Assembly (NCBI RefSeq): GCF_018977255.1
Contig: NW_024704743.1
Location: 54,376,001-54,440,000, forward strand
Length of the DNA: 64,000 nt
Direction: 5' to 3'
Source: Callorhinchus milii
Taxonomy: Eukaryota
A model generated the notes under the pieces. The model was not told the origin of the DNA. It made no database searches and saw only the letters and a program-made list of their open reading frames with translations. Shown piece by piece: positions 38,119 through 52,099 of this stretch (the first letter of the stretch is position 1; every line of letters starts with the position of its first letter). A program made the translations under genes and the position numbers.

Positions 38119-38720
38119 AGGGAGAAATTCCATCCAGATCTCGATTCACTCTACTGATTTAGCATTTTAAAGGATGCAGGATTTGGGAAATTCTAAAGCA
38201 GATCTAAATTAACTGAAGCACAGAAGAAGGCCATTGAGTTATTTTAACAGCAATCCTTTCAGTCCTATTTTCACCGTACCCCTGTAGTTCACTCCTTTTT
38301 AGGTATTTATCTAGTTCCTTCTTGAAAGCCAATATGAATTCTGCCATAACCTTCTCTCCCAGCAGGGCATTCCATAATTCTAACTACTCTGTGTGTGAAA
38401 AAAATTCTTTGAACATCTCCATTTGCTTGCTTGCTAACGTAAATTGATAGATACTGACTCACTGACTAGTGGAAATAATTTCTCCCTATTGACTCTATCA
38501 AAACCCTTATCCTGTTAAAGACTTCTATCAGGTCACCCCATCCATGAAAAACACCCCAGTAAGTATAGCCTTAAATTTGAAAACAGTTTTCTGTATATTT
38601 TGATAAGAATCACAGTAAACAGACTTCAATGTTAAGACTGAATTCAACAACTTGCCAAATTTTGGATGGCCTAAATTGATGCATAAACAGAGCAAATTTG
38701 ATCTGGATAAATTTCCCCCC
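38119..38720. mobile_element. Decayed MITE-like element with long inverted ends, interrupted by an old CR1 fragment (~38220-38560)
   Basis: gggagaaattccatccagatc ... gatctggataaatttccccc; the right arm is also similar to 16925-17090. Confidence 0.55.
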
Positions 38721-39219
38721 CATTATCCTTGGCTGCAACTCAGGCTCTTATAATTTTTGGTGAATATAAATATAAGATTCTTAAGAATAATAAACATAGC
38801 GTCTATTCCCCAATGTAATATGCAAATAAATAAAGTTCTTAGAAAAAATAAATATTCCATTAACATTCAAAATGGTAACAGCCAACCTTCACGGAAAAGA
38901 ATATTATTTTCATATTATTAGGATTAATATTTTAAAGATAGGTCTGATTATAATTCACATAAACATATAAAATAAAGTAATTAGAGCAAGATATTCACCT
39001 AAATACTTATTCTTTAGTGAAAGGGAGGATGTAGGTAAGGCCACCATCCACTTTAACTTCAAACAATATGAACGCACTGCTAAAATGTATGTCAAGCACC
39101 ACTTCACCTCTTTATAAACCATGACTTATTCAAACAATCACTGTAAATCCATTTAAATTGGTGCTTGCTTTTGTTGTGGAACTGACTTTTGCTTTGCTAT
39201 CCTTTATTATTGTTATTAC

Positions 39220-39715
39220 AACAACAATCACCTGCATTTATATAACATCCTGGTATATTCACACAGGAAGCATGTTGGAGTGCTTAACAATGGTGTGGCT
39301 TGACGACGGGTTGGGAAGAGCAATAGTGACTGAGGGCACGGTTGAAGAAGAAATTTTTCAGGTGTGATTTGAAGACAGGCAAAGGGGAGTCAACAACAAC
39401 AACAACAACTTGCATTTATATAGTGTCCCTCACACAGGGTAGCATCCTAGAACCCTTCTCAGTGGCGGAGTCTGACAATGAGCCAAACAAGTCAAGCTGG
39501 AGAGGTTGAGGCAGTGAGTTCCGGAGATTGGGGGCATTGCGTCTGAAAGCACAGATGATGATGCTGAGCGGAAGGGGCGAGGTTCGTGCAGAAAACCCAA
39601 GCCAGCTGACTGAAGGCAGTGGGCCGTGGAGTGGAGTGTGAGTGGATCGAAGAGGTAAGGAGGAGCTAGAGCGTGAAAAGATTTGAAAGTGAGGACCTTG
39701 AAATCGATCCGGGTT
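39220..39715 (-). mobile_element. Old L2 3' fragments
   Basis: RIDFKVLTFKSFHALAPPYL; two L2 tails. Confidence 0.8.
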
Positions 39716-40499
39716 AAGAAACTAGTGCAGATTTGTACACAATAGTTCAATCAAAAATGAAATATATGTTGAGAGAAAACTGGATACATTTTTTAGACTG
39801 TGCTGCAATGTACAATTGATCTATACAACTGATGTTGTTATTGCTACAGTTTAGAATACCTTTAGTCACAATTCCCAAGCTGTAGAGTTTACAATCCTGT
39901 TGGACACAAGCGGCAGTAATAATATATCACTGCTGGACTGTCTGCATATAATGACTTTCCTTTCTACCCCCTGCCTGACTGTGTCAACCATCAGCACAGT
40001 CTGTTCTATGTTCCTCCTACATAGTTATCAACCATTCCTCAACGTCACTTGAACATTTTCATAGTGCAAAAAACATAATTTGCATATTCTTTGTGCTTTT
40101 GACAACTTCGCAAAAATATACAAATTATACAATGAACTTGGAGATTTTGTCCTGGACTTTTTCTTTGCTCTATCTCTCCAGCTGACAATACCTGGGTCCT
40201 CTCTTTGTAGTGCATCTAATTGCAGGAAATTGACTTTGTCAGGGATTAGGCAAACGGCAGCTGGAGGACTTATTATATGTTAAATTATTTCAGATAAAAT
40301 GGAAAAAATAATAAAACCCAGTCATTAGTGGAACAAGGTGGGATAAAGCCCCAAAAGGCTATTTAAAAAAACTCAATAAAGATAAATTCACAAAAAATAT
40401 CTAGTAAAAGTTCTAGATAATTGAAGAAGACACAAACTAATTTCTGTAGATAATGTATGACCATTATTTTTGACATACCCCCATCTATTTTAACAGGTA

Positions 40500-41175
40500 A
40501 TCATCATTCTCGCATTTGATACAGTGCCTTATCACATCGGAAGGACAATTCAAAATGCTTCACAGAATTTTACTGTGAAATGGAGTGACTGTGTTCTCTT
40601 TGACCGTGCCTTCAGCTCCCCTCTCGATTCTCTTCCCCCTCCTCGATCCCTCCCTTCCCTCCCCTCACCCTGACCATTTCCCCCCTCCTCGCTCCCTCCC
40701 TCCCTTCCCTCCCCTCACCCTGACCATTTCCCCCCTGCTCGGGTCATGACCCAACTGTGCAGCGCCTTGGGACGTCCTCCTGACGTGAAAGGCGCTTTAT
40801 AAATGGAATCTTGTTGTTGTTGTTGTTGTGTGTATTTGTAGGAAAATGCAGCAGCACAATTGCACACAGCAGTGTCCCACAAATAGCCATTAAACAAACG
40901 ACCAATTTTATTTGAGAGATTGTTGGTCAGGACACCGGGTGAATCTTCCTTTTCTTTTCAAATATTGCTATGGAATCTTTAATTTCCATCTGAACAGGCA
41001 GACAGGACCTCGGTTTAATGTCTCATCGAAAGACAACACCTCTGATAATGCAACCTTCCCCCAGCACTGCATTAGAGTGTCACCTTAACCTATGTCAGTT
41101 CAAGTTCTGATGTGGGGATTTGAACCCCCTTATGACTCACAGGCGAGAATGCTATCACTGTGCCAGGCTGACACA
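40500..41175 (-). mobile_element. Deu-domain SINE interrupted by a young L2 3' fragment
   Basis: SINE sequence continues on both sides of 40595-40828. Confidence 0.85.
40595..40828 (+). mobile_element. Young L2 3' end, near-identical to 18344-18575
   Basis: Shares the internal tandem duplication cccctcaccctgaccatttccccc and the tail. Confidence 0.9.
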
Positions 41176-41283
41176 CAGTAAGTGCGCTAAACCCCCTATC
41201 CATCTCCCCATTGCGTCTTTTTAAGCCACACTGTATGTGTGAAGCGGGGGGGGAGAGTAAATCATAGGCAGATTGTGACATGG

Positions 41284-42043
41284 GTCTCCATAAGACCATA
41301 AGACCATAAGATGTAGGAACAGGAGTAGGCCATTCGCTCCCCCCCACCCCCCCGAGCCTGCCCTCCATTTAATAAGATCATGTCTGATCTTCTAACCTAA
41401 TTCCATTTACCCGCCCTATCCCCATATCGCTTAATCCCTTCAGTTTTTAAAAATCTATCAATCTCAATCTTGAAATTTCAAGGAGTGAGCATCCACAGCC
41501 TTCTGGGGTAGAGAATTCTACAAATTCACTACACTCTGAGTGAAGAAATGTTTCCTCAACTCAGTTCTAAAAGGCTGACCCTTAATGGAGTCCTGTAGCT
41601 CAGTGGTTAGAGCACTCGCTTTGCAAGTGAGAGACCTGAGTTCAATTCCAGGCAGAGGGCGAAACCTTGGGCAAGTTTCCTTACTCCACACGCCTAATAA
41701 TAATCCCTCCAAAACCAAAAACAATAATAAATTTGTCATTTTCAATCCACGACTGTCTGTGGTACATTGCTGTGCGCAATTGGCTGCCGCGCGTTCTCCC
41801 ACAAATATACAGTCAATTCACTTTACAGTATATTCTGTGAAGCGCTTTGGGATGTCTAGAAGACGTGAAAAGCGCTATATCAAATGCAAGGATTATTATT
41901 ATTATTATTATTAATCTTGAGACTACGAACCCTAGTTTTAGATTCTCCAACCAGGGGAAACAGTCTCGTGGCATCTACCCTGTCAAGTCCCTTAAGAATC
42001 TTATAGGTTTCTATAAGATCACCTCTAATTCTTCTATATTCTA
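41284..42043 (-). mobile_element. CR1 3' end with (TCTTATGG)n tail, interrupted by a SINE
   Basis: YRRIRGDLIETYKILKG..RLFPLVGESKTR; ccataaga repeats at 41288-41311. Confidence 0.95.
41587..41913 (+). mobile_element. Young tRNA-derived SINE inserted into a CR1 3' end
   Basis: Near-identical to 22722-23039; flanked by ttaat; CR1 sequence resumes on both sides. Confidence 0.95.
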
Positions 42044-42735
42044 TAAGGAAGGCGAACGGTATGTTAACATTCATTATGAAAAGATTGGAGTATAAGAGTA
42101 AGGAAGTCTTGCTGCAACTGTATAGGGTCCTGGTGAGACCACACCTGGAATACTGTGTCCAGTTTTGGTCTCCTCATTTAAGGAAGGACGTACTTGCCTT
42201 GGAGGGGGTGCAGCGTAGATTTATTAGGTTAGTGCCAGGGATGAAGGGGATGAGTTACGAGGATAGGCTGACCAATTTGGGCCTATATTCTCTGGAATAT
42301 AGAAGAATTAGAAGGGATCTTATAGAAACCTATAAGATCATCAAAGGGCATGATAGAGTAGATAGTGGGAGATTGTTTCCCCTGGTTGGAGAAACTAAAA
42401 CCAGGGGTCACAACCTTAAAATCAGAGGCCAGCTCTTTCGCACTGAGTTGAGGAAGAACTTCTTCACTCAAAGGGTGGTGAATATATGGAACTCGCTACC
42501 CCAAAGGGCTGTTGACGCTCGGTCCTTGAACATATTCAAGACTGAGATAGATAGATTTCTTATTGCAAAAGGGATTAAGGGATATGGGATAAGGCAGGGT
42601 CAGGTTATTAGCTGGAGTTAGATTAGAAGATCAGCCATGATTGAATGGGGGGGCAGGCTCGAAGGGCCAAATGACCTACTCCTGCTCCTACATGTTATGT
42701 TATGTTATGATATGTTATGTTATGTTATGTTTATG
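42044..42735 (+). mobile_element. CR1 3' fragment with open 186-aa ORF2 C-terminus and (ATGTT)n tail
   Basis: ORF 42061..42621: LYRVLVRPHLEYCVQFWSP..LEGVQRRF..WNSLP. Confidence 0.97.
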
Positions 42736-42736
42736 T

Positions 42737-43830
42737 TCCTAGCTCGTTTACCCTCATATTCCATTTTCTCCCTCTTAATCAGTTTCTTGGTTGTCCTTTG
42801 CTTTTCTCTAAAGGTCTCTCAATCCTCAGGTTTACTGCTCTTTTTGGCAGTATTATAAGCCTCTTCTTTTAATTTTATACTTTCCCTAACTTCTCTAGTT
42901 AGCTAAGGTTGAACCACTTTTCCCACGGTATTTTTATTTTCCAAGGGAATATGTAATCACTGGGATTTATGTACTATATCTTTAAATGTTTGCCATTACT
43001 GGTCTACCGTCATATTATTATTATTATGTGGAGTCCTGTAGCTCAGTGGTTAGAGCACTCGCTTTGCAAGTGAGAGACCTGAGTTCAATTCCAGGCAGAG
43101 GGCGAAACCTTGGACAAGTTTCCTTACTCCACACAGAGCCTAATAATAATCCCTCCAAAAAACCCCAAACAATAATTAAATTGGTCATTTTCAATCTATG
43201 ACTGTTTGTGGGACATTGCTGTGCACAATTGGCTGCCGCGTTCGCCCACAAATATACAGTCAATTCACTTTACAGTGTGTTCTGTGAAGCGCTTTGGGAC
43301 GTCCTCCTGACGTGAAAAGCGCTATATCAAATGCAAGGATTATTATTATTATTATTATTATTACCGTCATATTTTTAATCTAATTTCCCAGTCTATTTTA
43401 GCCATATCTTCTCTCATACCTGTAAAGTTGGCTTCATTTAAATTTAAGACCCTTGCTTCGGATTCAACTATATCATTCTCTAACTTACAGTTAAATTCCA
43501 TCATGTTATGGTCACTCTGCCCTAGAGGAGCCTTAACTTTCAGATTGCTGATTAGCCCTATTTTGTTACACAAAACAAGATCTAGGATAGCCTGTTCCCT
43601 GGTTGGTTCCTCAGCATATTGTTCTAGAAAACCATATCTAATGCATTTTATAAACTCATCCTCTAATTTATTTTTACCAATTTGGTTTTCCCAGTCTATA
43701 TGAAGATGGAAATCACCCACTATTAGTGTATTACCTTTGCTACATGCTCCTCTAATTTCCTGATTAATACCCTGCCCAATACTGTAACTGCTGCTTGGGG
43801 GTCTATAAACTACTTCCACTAGTGTTTTCT
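42737..43830 (-). mobile_element. CR1 ORF2 APE-endonuclease/linker fragment, interrupted by a SINE
   Basis: ORF 43367..43819: VVYRPP..IVGDF..PTREQAILDLVL..LGQSDHNM. Confidence 0.95.
43030..43361 (+). mobile_element. Young tRNA-derived SINE inserted into CR1, with 12-bp target-site duplication
   Basis: Near-identical to other copies; taccgtcatatt at 43005-43016 and 43362-43373. Confidence 0.95.
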
Positions 43831-44289
43831 GATCCCCTCCCCCCTTTTTGTTTCTTACTCCCTTAGTAAGAGAGTTGTTAAAATGTGTGATTCAAGTGTG
43901 AAACTCCTATAGTGAGAAGCTACCGGACTGTACCTCAAAGTTTGTAGACTTCAGTTTTGCGGCAAATGGTGAAATAGTGAATAGGTATTTCAAATAATAA
44001 CTGACTAGATCCTAAAATGTTTGGTCTTATTGCCTGGGTTTGGATATTTGGTTTAATTTGACCTAGTAATCCAGGGATTTGAGTTTTGAACCATACCCTA
44101 ACCGTTACAATTGATTTATTGGATAGGAATCAATATGAAGAGTATAATGATGTAACTTAATAACATTTTACCAAATAATTTTATTTGAAAAGAATACAAA
44201 TGTCTTTGTTCTGTGTCAGCACATGCATTACTGTGCTTGCTGCCTTCATGATGATTCACTCCACTAATCTTCTTTCTTCCTCTGTAGAG

Positions 44290-44840
44290 GAAGCTGGCTC
44301 AATTGGTAGCACTCTTGCCTCTGACTCAGAAAATCTTTTGACTGCGCCTTTGGTCACCTTCCCTTTCTGCTTTTTCTTCACTCGTTGTCCAAGCCACCAC
44401 TGTACAGAACTCCAAGACACTAACCTGTGTGAAAGGCACTGTATAAATGCAAGTTGTTGTTATGGATTCAAATCCCAGTTTGAGATTTTGAGCTCATTTT
44501 GAGCTGAACCTCCAATGCAGTACTGGGAGAGCATTGTATTTCCAGAGGTATACAATATTGTCCTTCAGGTAAAACATTAAATCGAGGTCTTGCCTGTATG
44601 GGTGGACATTAAAGATCCCATGGCACTATTTGCAAAGAGAAGAGAGTTTCTCCCCGTGTCCTGGCCGACAATCCCCCAGATAAAGTTGGTTATGGCTGTT
44701 TGTGGGACATTACTGTGTGCAAATTTGCTGCATTCACCTACAAATACACAGTCACTATACACTATATAGAATTCCTGTAAAGTACTTTGAGAAATCTCAA
44801 CAACATTATAAGACACTATAATAAATGTAAGGATTATAAA
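44290..44840 (+). mobile_element. Deu-domain SINE with a short L2 3' fragment in its head
   Basis: Head ggctcaattggtagcactcttgcctctgactcagaa, then L2 end at 44335-44460, then Deu core. Confidence 0.8.
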
Positions 44841-47800
44841 TTTTATTATTAACAAAAGTTAAAACAAAGTATTCTTTGCAGCATTCTGAGATAGATGGAT
44901 AGATGAATATCTGATATATATCTGATATAATCTTTATATTGTAGCCTGTCACTTTCTGTTCTTTTGAAAACTTTTTTTTAGCATTGAGAACAAAAAATGT
45001 GAAATTCACAAATCGGATTTGAGTCGCTTACCGTAACTTACATCCAGTTTGTGATTTGTGAATGTCAGATTGTGATTTTGTTTTAGTCAGCCAGGTGTCT
45101 GACACATGCGGAAACTCATCACCATGCGTGTATTCCATGCATCTGACCTACTCGTGGAAATTCCCAGGAATTGGAATGGAATGCACACTCTCTCCTTGGA
45201 GAGATGCATCCTGCTTACTTAATTCCAGCGAGTATTTGACACAGGTCAAGGACTAAGTCTTGGGGACCCCAGAGTGTGCGTTGTGAAAACCCCGATAAAT
45301 CTGATAAAGCATGAAAAACTGGAAAGCAAACTATTAACTTGACTGGCTTAGAATTTGCAATTCAGTGTTTTGTGAGACTGGTGTGTTTCTCACAATACAA
45401 TATTTGCAAACCAAGATGAGTGACAATCGTGACTCCAATCTGGTTTGAAAATATCACATTTCAGATGCCCTTAATATCTATATTTTAGATTGTACTTAGT
45501 ACACTGCATCCTCATTATTTTAGGCTACTGTTTGCTCCAGTCGGTTTGGGTTGTTGATATCAAGGCTGAAAGGTACTTGGGTATTAACAAATCAGCTACA
45601 CTAAAGAGAAATGTTAATGCTTTTCGTTTTTTTAAAGTGATGATTTTCTTTCTTCAAACATTTGCTATTTGCAACAAAAATGATGTGAGAGAATCAGAGG
45701 AATGAATCACTGCAATTGCAGTGAATCTAAGAGCCAGGAGCTTTGGTTGGGTGGGACTTACTCCTCAGGGTGCAGAAGGCATTCTCAGTGTTTAAATGAC
45801 TATACCTACAGCCATCCAGCCACTCAGCCATCCATTTAGCACTATTTTGGGCACTTAAGTGTTTCAGCATTAACAGTTACAATTGTCCTCATCATAAAAT
45901 GACCCTTATGTGATCACTTCAGTGCATATTTGCTAGTCATTCGGGTGAGTAAAGTAACTTTTCAGCCAGAAGAGTGTAGAGAGATTTGTCATTTTTAAAC
46001 GTATATACTCTATGCATTTAACCTGAAACAGCTGAAATGTTGTTGTCACAAAATGATCACAGTGATCACATTTTTAGTGGGTCATTGATTTGTTCTCTAT
46101 CTCTTAAATTGTAATTAATTTGCTCTGCCTTTTATTTCCTCCTGTATTCCCAATCATTCCGTCTTGCGCAGAGCAGGGAAGTGATCTGCTTTTTTTTGAA
46201 AATATACATTTATTTATAATTATAATATTAAGTACAACAGAAATCCCAAACCAACACAACATCTTCTGTTACAATTTTTTTATTTTCTCCCGATACAAAA
46301 AACATTTCATTGTTTACGGTAATTTTCTCCACCCCATATGAGTTGTGTACACGTTTTTTGGGATGCTCTCTTTAACACAGTCGGGAGTCGCCTCTGTGTA
46401 CCCACATCCATATGCACACCCTTACACACCCTGATAAGGTGAACTTGCTGCTTTCGAAAGGCGACCGATGTGCACCGTATGTGCACATGTTTACTGTACA
46501 TACATTTTCGGGATGCTCTCCCGTGCCTCTACTGAGGGGTGGGGAGTGGGGAGTACTGTGAGAGCAACTCAGGGAGCTTCTCATTTTATTCCCCCTTCAT
46601 GCCTGTGGTGAAGCACTGAACTGTCTCCTAATGATAGGACTGAGGTCAAACATGCACAGCCCTACTGTCCTACAACTCCTTAACATAGAATCTTAGAGGA
46701 TCAACATCCTAAAGCACATGTACAGTTCCGATATACAGTCTGATTTCTAGTTGTCAGCCGGGCTCAGCTGGTTGCACTCTTGCCTCTGGGTCAGAAGGCT
46801 GTGAAATCAAGCTCAACTTTGTGACTGTAAGCTTGTAATCTGGACAGGTACGTAGGTGCAGTACTGGGAGAATACCTCATTGTTGGAGATGCCATCCTTT
46901 AGGTGAGAAATTAAACCGAGGCCCCATCTGCCTGTTTAGTTGAATGTTAAAGACACCATGTCACATTACGATGTGCAAATTAGCTACACTTTGCAGAAAA
47001 CGCCATGAGCCATGTTTCGACATTTCGACATAATAAGGCACTATATCAAATGCAAGAAATATGTATTATTTAGATTGGGAATGGTGTAACCTGGGCAACA
47101 CTGGGCTCTTTTATTATAGCTGTGTAATCTTACTATACAGAGGGAATTACAGGTGCCCTGTATTAGGTTGTTAAGAACAAAGTTTTGTGGGCGTTCGCAA
47201 GGATTATTATTGTAAAGATTATTAATAACGACATGGATTTATTAAGTAATAGGTCATTCTTTACAATGGTTATTAATCGTATAATTTATTAGACCTGTAA
47301 ATGCTTTGGTATACCATCATTTACACATGCTTTGCCTAGTCCTTATCACATATGAATTGACTCATGGTTGACTGAACCACACAATAAACCTCTGTTAGCC
47401 ACATGGATCACAACAATACTAGATAATTTGCCTAGTAAGGGTAAAACAGCAAACCTTCTTAATTACAAAGGCACCTGTATTTATTTCTTAAAAGTATCAT
47501 CAGTTTAGAGCTCTTTTAATAGGCAGTATTCTCCCATGAATACTAGTACATTATAGTGGGTCTCATTATAGAGCATTTCTACACTAATATCTACTCACCC
47601 TTATCCACAGTATACAACAAGGAGGGTCAATCAATTGACAGTGAATTGGACTCTGAGTGCATGAATCTCTGTCAGATTTCCTGCCGCATGAATGCTGACA
47701 CATAAGACTTGTGTCCTGCAGGGTCAGCAGTAACCTTAGAAGGAAGCTGAGTAGTGTGAATATGTTTTACACAGTCAGATAGCAATGTAGTGCAATGTTG

Positions 47801-48625
47801 GAATCCACAGGGATTTAAGGAGAATAAATGTCTAACCTACACACAGGGTTTGAGGTGGGTGGTTGTAGTACACTCCCTTCCTGCCCACCCCCCCCACACT
47901 CCCCAGCACAGTGAACACATCAGACAACAGAGTTGAACAGTGACTAAGGAATTCAAACTCCATGGGTCTTTGGCTTTACAATGGCTTTACAATTGGAAAT
48001 TTTCAGCGTGTAATGACAATGGATGCATTTTTAGAACATTTTCCACTGAATGGAGGCCTGACTGCATGCATAAGGTCATGTACAATCACTCCAATTTGAA
48101 GTGCTAGTACTCCTTAACCAGAACGTTTTACACCAGAGCAAATAAAATACTGTAGGCACAATTCATTCCAGTACATCTGAGATCTACACGCTATGGCATG
48201 CTACCACTGTATTTAAAAGATAAAGATGTTTCACTGTGAATAGAATAACATTTGCGGTGTTGCAAGTTTCACCCTAGTGTGTGATTTGGCATAATTTTAG
48301 CATCTAATTTGTAACCATTTATAGATTCAAAAGCTACGCAATTTTTTCCCATTTTGAGTTTGACTAGCACAATAAAGCTGAAAAGTTTCTGAATGCAAAA
48401 CAAAATACTATACTTAGAGGGTTGCCAAGAATGGTGCCAAAATCAATGGAAAGTGAACAAAATTCACAAACTGCGCTTGCAAGATTTCTTTTATAAAGGC
48501 TATTTACATATTTCCGAGCATAGGTGCAGAAGGCAGTCACAGTGCTGTCTTTTCCCATTCTTAATTCTTTAGTTATTCAGAGCACTGTTGATATTCAATT
48601 TTCCATTTATTTTCTTCATGTTTAC

Positions 48626-48702
48626 TAGCCGTTCCTTTGATACGTAGAGCTCTTGATGTTTGCAATCCTTCAGAAATTTTTTTACACATTTGTTAAGCTT
48701 TT
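48626..48702 (-). CDS. Candidate exon E (KLNKCVKKFLKDCKHQELYVSKERL, phase 1->0)
   Basis: Moderate acceptor tttgtttcaacaacaatag| and weak donor CTA|gtaaac. Chosen partly because the phase fits. Confidence 0.25.
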
Positions 48703-49484
48703 CTATTGTTGTTGAAACAAATGGATGAAGGAAACGGATATATTATTGGTGATTCATACATTCTTAATTTTATATTCAGTTTGAGATAGCATTGTTCGGC
48801 TGCTGTGTGCAGTTTGCTTCACATATCACATTACTGACAAGTGTATAATAATAATCCTTGCATTTGATATAGCACCTTATCACATCTTCGAATCGTCTCA
48901 AAGTGCTTCACAAAGTATACTGTAAAGTAAATTGACTGTATATTTTATGGGCAAAACGCAACAGTCAATTGCTCACAGGTAGTAACCATTTACAGAGCTA
49001 GTAATGCATATGTAGAGATCGTACCTAGGATTTATGTTTATACTACGCATGGTCAAGAATAATCTCATCTAACTTTCGCAATTGTTCTCTGTCTCATTTT
49101 CATTGGTATTTTGCATGTTAAAGGTATGACAGCTCAACAAGACAGTAGCATATTGCTTATTGTCAGTGAAATCTCACAAGGCGTATCATTCATTGCACAT
49201 TCATGTTATGTAGGGGATTTCTCAGCCAAACATACGCACATTAATGTTGGGCTGAATGTGCAAATTGGGAAAATATCAAGCTGTCAAATCAGAATTTAAA
49301 AAAGAAAATCAGGGTTAATATTCTACACAGAAAGAATAGATGTAGAGTACAACTGATAGATTTATGCCCTGTCAGTAGTTCTGGCAAAGAGCAGACTGTA
49401 GCTTCAGGATAAACATAATTTGATCCTTACCCTGATCTGTACGATTTTTTATATACTATACACAGCTGTATATATAATTTTGAT

Positions 49485-49945
49485 AATGATTTTTGCATTT
49501 GATACAATCCTTAATATATCAAAATGTTTCATAGGATTTACTGTAAAATGTAGTACTATGTATTCGTAGGCAAACTTGGCAGCTAGTGTGCACAAAATAA
49601 TGTCCCACAAACAGACATGATAATTTTTTTCTCTCTGAGGGATTGTTGGCTAGGATACCAGGATTATTAAAAATACACACAGCTGTGTATAACATATTGA
49701 AAACATCTACAGATCCTTTCTCTTTTTGAAGTAGCACCACAAGTTCTTTAATATTTACCTGAACAGATAGAAAGGACCTCAGTTTAAGATCTCAGCGGAA
49801 GGACGGCACTTCCAATAATGCAGCACTCCATCAGCAATGCACTGAAGTGTCAGCCTTGACTGTGAGCTCAAAACCCTGACATGGAACTTGAACCCACTAT
49901 CTTCTCGCTCAGAGGCGAAAGTGCTATCAACTGAGCTCAGCTAAC
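49485..49945 (-). mobile_element. Older Deu-domain SINE
   Basis: Same motif series. Confidence 0.8.
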
Positions 49946-51299
49946 ACCCAATTAAGCCAGGCTGATTCATGTTTATCTTCTACTAACACTATTTTATTTA
50001 GGATGAAACTAACATACCCAATGCTCACAATTAATAGAGATATTTTATAAATTGGGTAATATGGGCTCTCAGTGATACTTTATTTTTGAAAATAATAGAA
50101 GTGTATATGTACACGTGAAAATAACAAAAATAATAATAATTCTGCATTTGGTATAGCACCTTTCACATCGGGAGACTTCTCAAAGCACTTCATGGGATTT
50201 ACTATAAGGTGGAGTGAGTGTATATGTTGGCAAACATAATAGCCCAATTGTGCACAGCAATTTCCAACAGCCCTGAAATGAAGAACCAATGTTTGGGGGT
50301 ATTGTTGACCAGGACTCCAGGAGAAACACCTTCTCTTTTCGAATTGTGTCATGGGATCTTTAATAGCCACCTGAAACCTCAGTTTAACATCTTATCTGAA
50401 GGATGGGACCTCTGACAATGCAGCACACCCCCAGGTTAAACAATGCCATACAATTAATATACTGTACCTGTGCAGTTTCTCAATTTGATTAACTTGAAAA
50501 GATAAAAATAGGCATATGAAATCTTTCATTAGACATCTCTAATAAATGAACAACCACAAGTTTTGGGACTAGCAAAAGCCCTTCTTAACTGGTTAAATTA
50601 TTTGCTGAGGTGGAGAGTTGTCCTTTATTTTGTGAAACGCTCTAATATACAATTATCTCTACTGTAATGCACATAGCTTACGACTCTCTTCGAAAAATAA
50701 AAAAATATAAATACTGGTCTCCTGTAGAATGTACTCTTCACTTTAACATAGCTTCTTTTTTGGTTCCCAGGTACTATTTGATCGTGTTATATAATATAAT
50801 ATATATTTTGTAGATTTATTATATAAGATTGTGTGAGGGGATAAAGATAAGTGGTTGAAGAAGGAGCCTTCATGGCTTTAACGTGTTGGTTTCCTACATT
50901 AATTACATCAGTCAGATACAGATCAAATATTGCATTTGCTGTCAGACAAGAAATTTATAGCAGACTGAATTATCTCTTTACTGCATGCCTTGTATGATCA
51001 ACTCTGTCAAACAGCACTTCTTATCTCCAATGTTCTACTCATACCATTATGTCAATTAAAGCATATAATAAACTTATAAATGCTTATCTAACTAAAGAGA
51101 CAATGCCTTGCTGAGATAGCCAATTTTCTCCTAACTAGCCTTTTCTAAAACAGATAATACTATTTTATTACACAAAGGTCACCAGGGAAATTAACTCCTC
51201 TCCTATCAAATCAAAAAAAATCCACTAGCACTGAATGACAACATGCACCTCCTTTGATTATACCCTTTGCTCAGATACCCAATGGAATAGGTCAATGAC

Positions 51300-51365
51300 C
51301 TTTTCTGCCAACTTTAGTCCAGAGCTGCTGCAAGTAGCAGCAGGGAGCTTCAAACTTCCTGTTCT
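51300..51365 (-). CDS. Candidate exon D (NRKFEAPCCYLQQLWTKVGRK, phase 1->1)
   Basis: ctaatgtcactacag| acceptor with branch-like ctaat, and a weak AAG|gtcatt donor. Two frames are open, so the frame is ambiguous. Confidence 0.35.
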
Positions 51366-51834
51366 CTGTAGTGACATTAGTTTAATGCCATTACACACAC
51401 AAAAGTGACACAGTGAGTTCCTAGGTATGATTGAAACTAGTTCCATTTGATGCACAGGAGCAATGCATTCTTTTCCAATGCGCACTTAATATATCAGAAT
51501 ATTTGCAGGTTTACAAAAACTGTTAACGCAGCAATAAAGCAGTAATTCATTAACAAGACAACCGCAGTATCAAGCTGAATTAGTGGTTCTGGAGAGGGCC
51601 AACAGACAGACAGCTGTGGGAGTTGGCAGAGGGGAGATTGGGATGACAATTTCTTCTACAGCTCTGCCCAATCTCATTATGATGACTGCTCAGAAGGGAG
51701 TACTTTAGTGGTAACTTACAGTGGGAATTCTGTTTGAAAATAAAATTTACACACTTCCAAATCCATACATATCTTTTTTTTCAGATGCTGTTTCTGGTGT
51801 GAAGGTTTGAAACGGTACATAAGATTAATCTTAC

Positions 51835-51848
51835 CGTTTTGCCAATAG
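51835..51848 (-). CDS. Candidate 14-nt microexon C (CTATTGGCAAAACG; YWQN in phase 2->1)
   Basis: Strong acceptor catttcttttggtgcag| and strong donor ACG|gtaaga only 14 nt apart. Phase bridges exons B and D. Confidence 0.45.
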
Positions 51849-52099
51849 CTGCACCAAAAGAAATGCACGCACACAATTTACAGGAAGAGTCTCGGAGAGT
51901 TCAAGGAAAGAGAGTGAGGTTTTCCACTGACCAGTAAATCTACTAATCTTAGTTCCAGGCATTTACAGTGGGGAAACTATTATAAACAGTATATAATGGT
52001 AATACTTGAATTTGGTACAACACCTTTCAAGTTGGGAGAACATCTCAAAGCGCTTCACATGGATTAGTGTAAGTATGTTATTGTTGTACGTATATCCAT

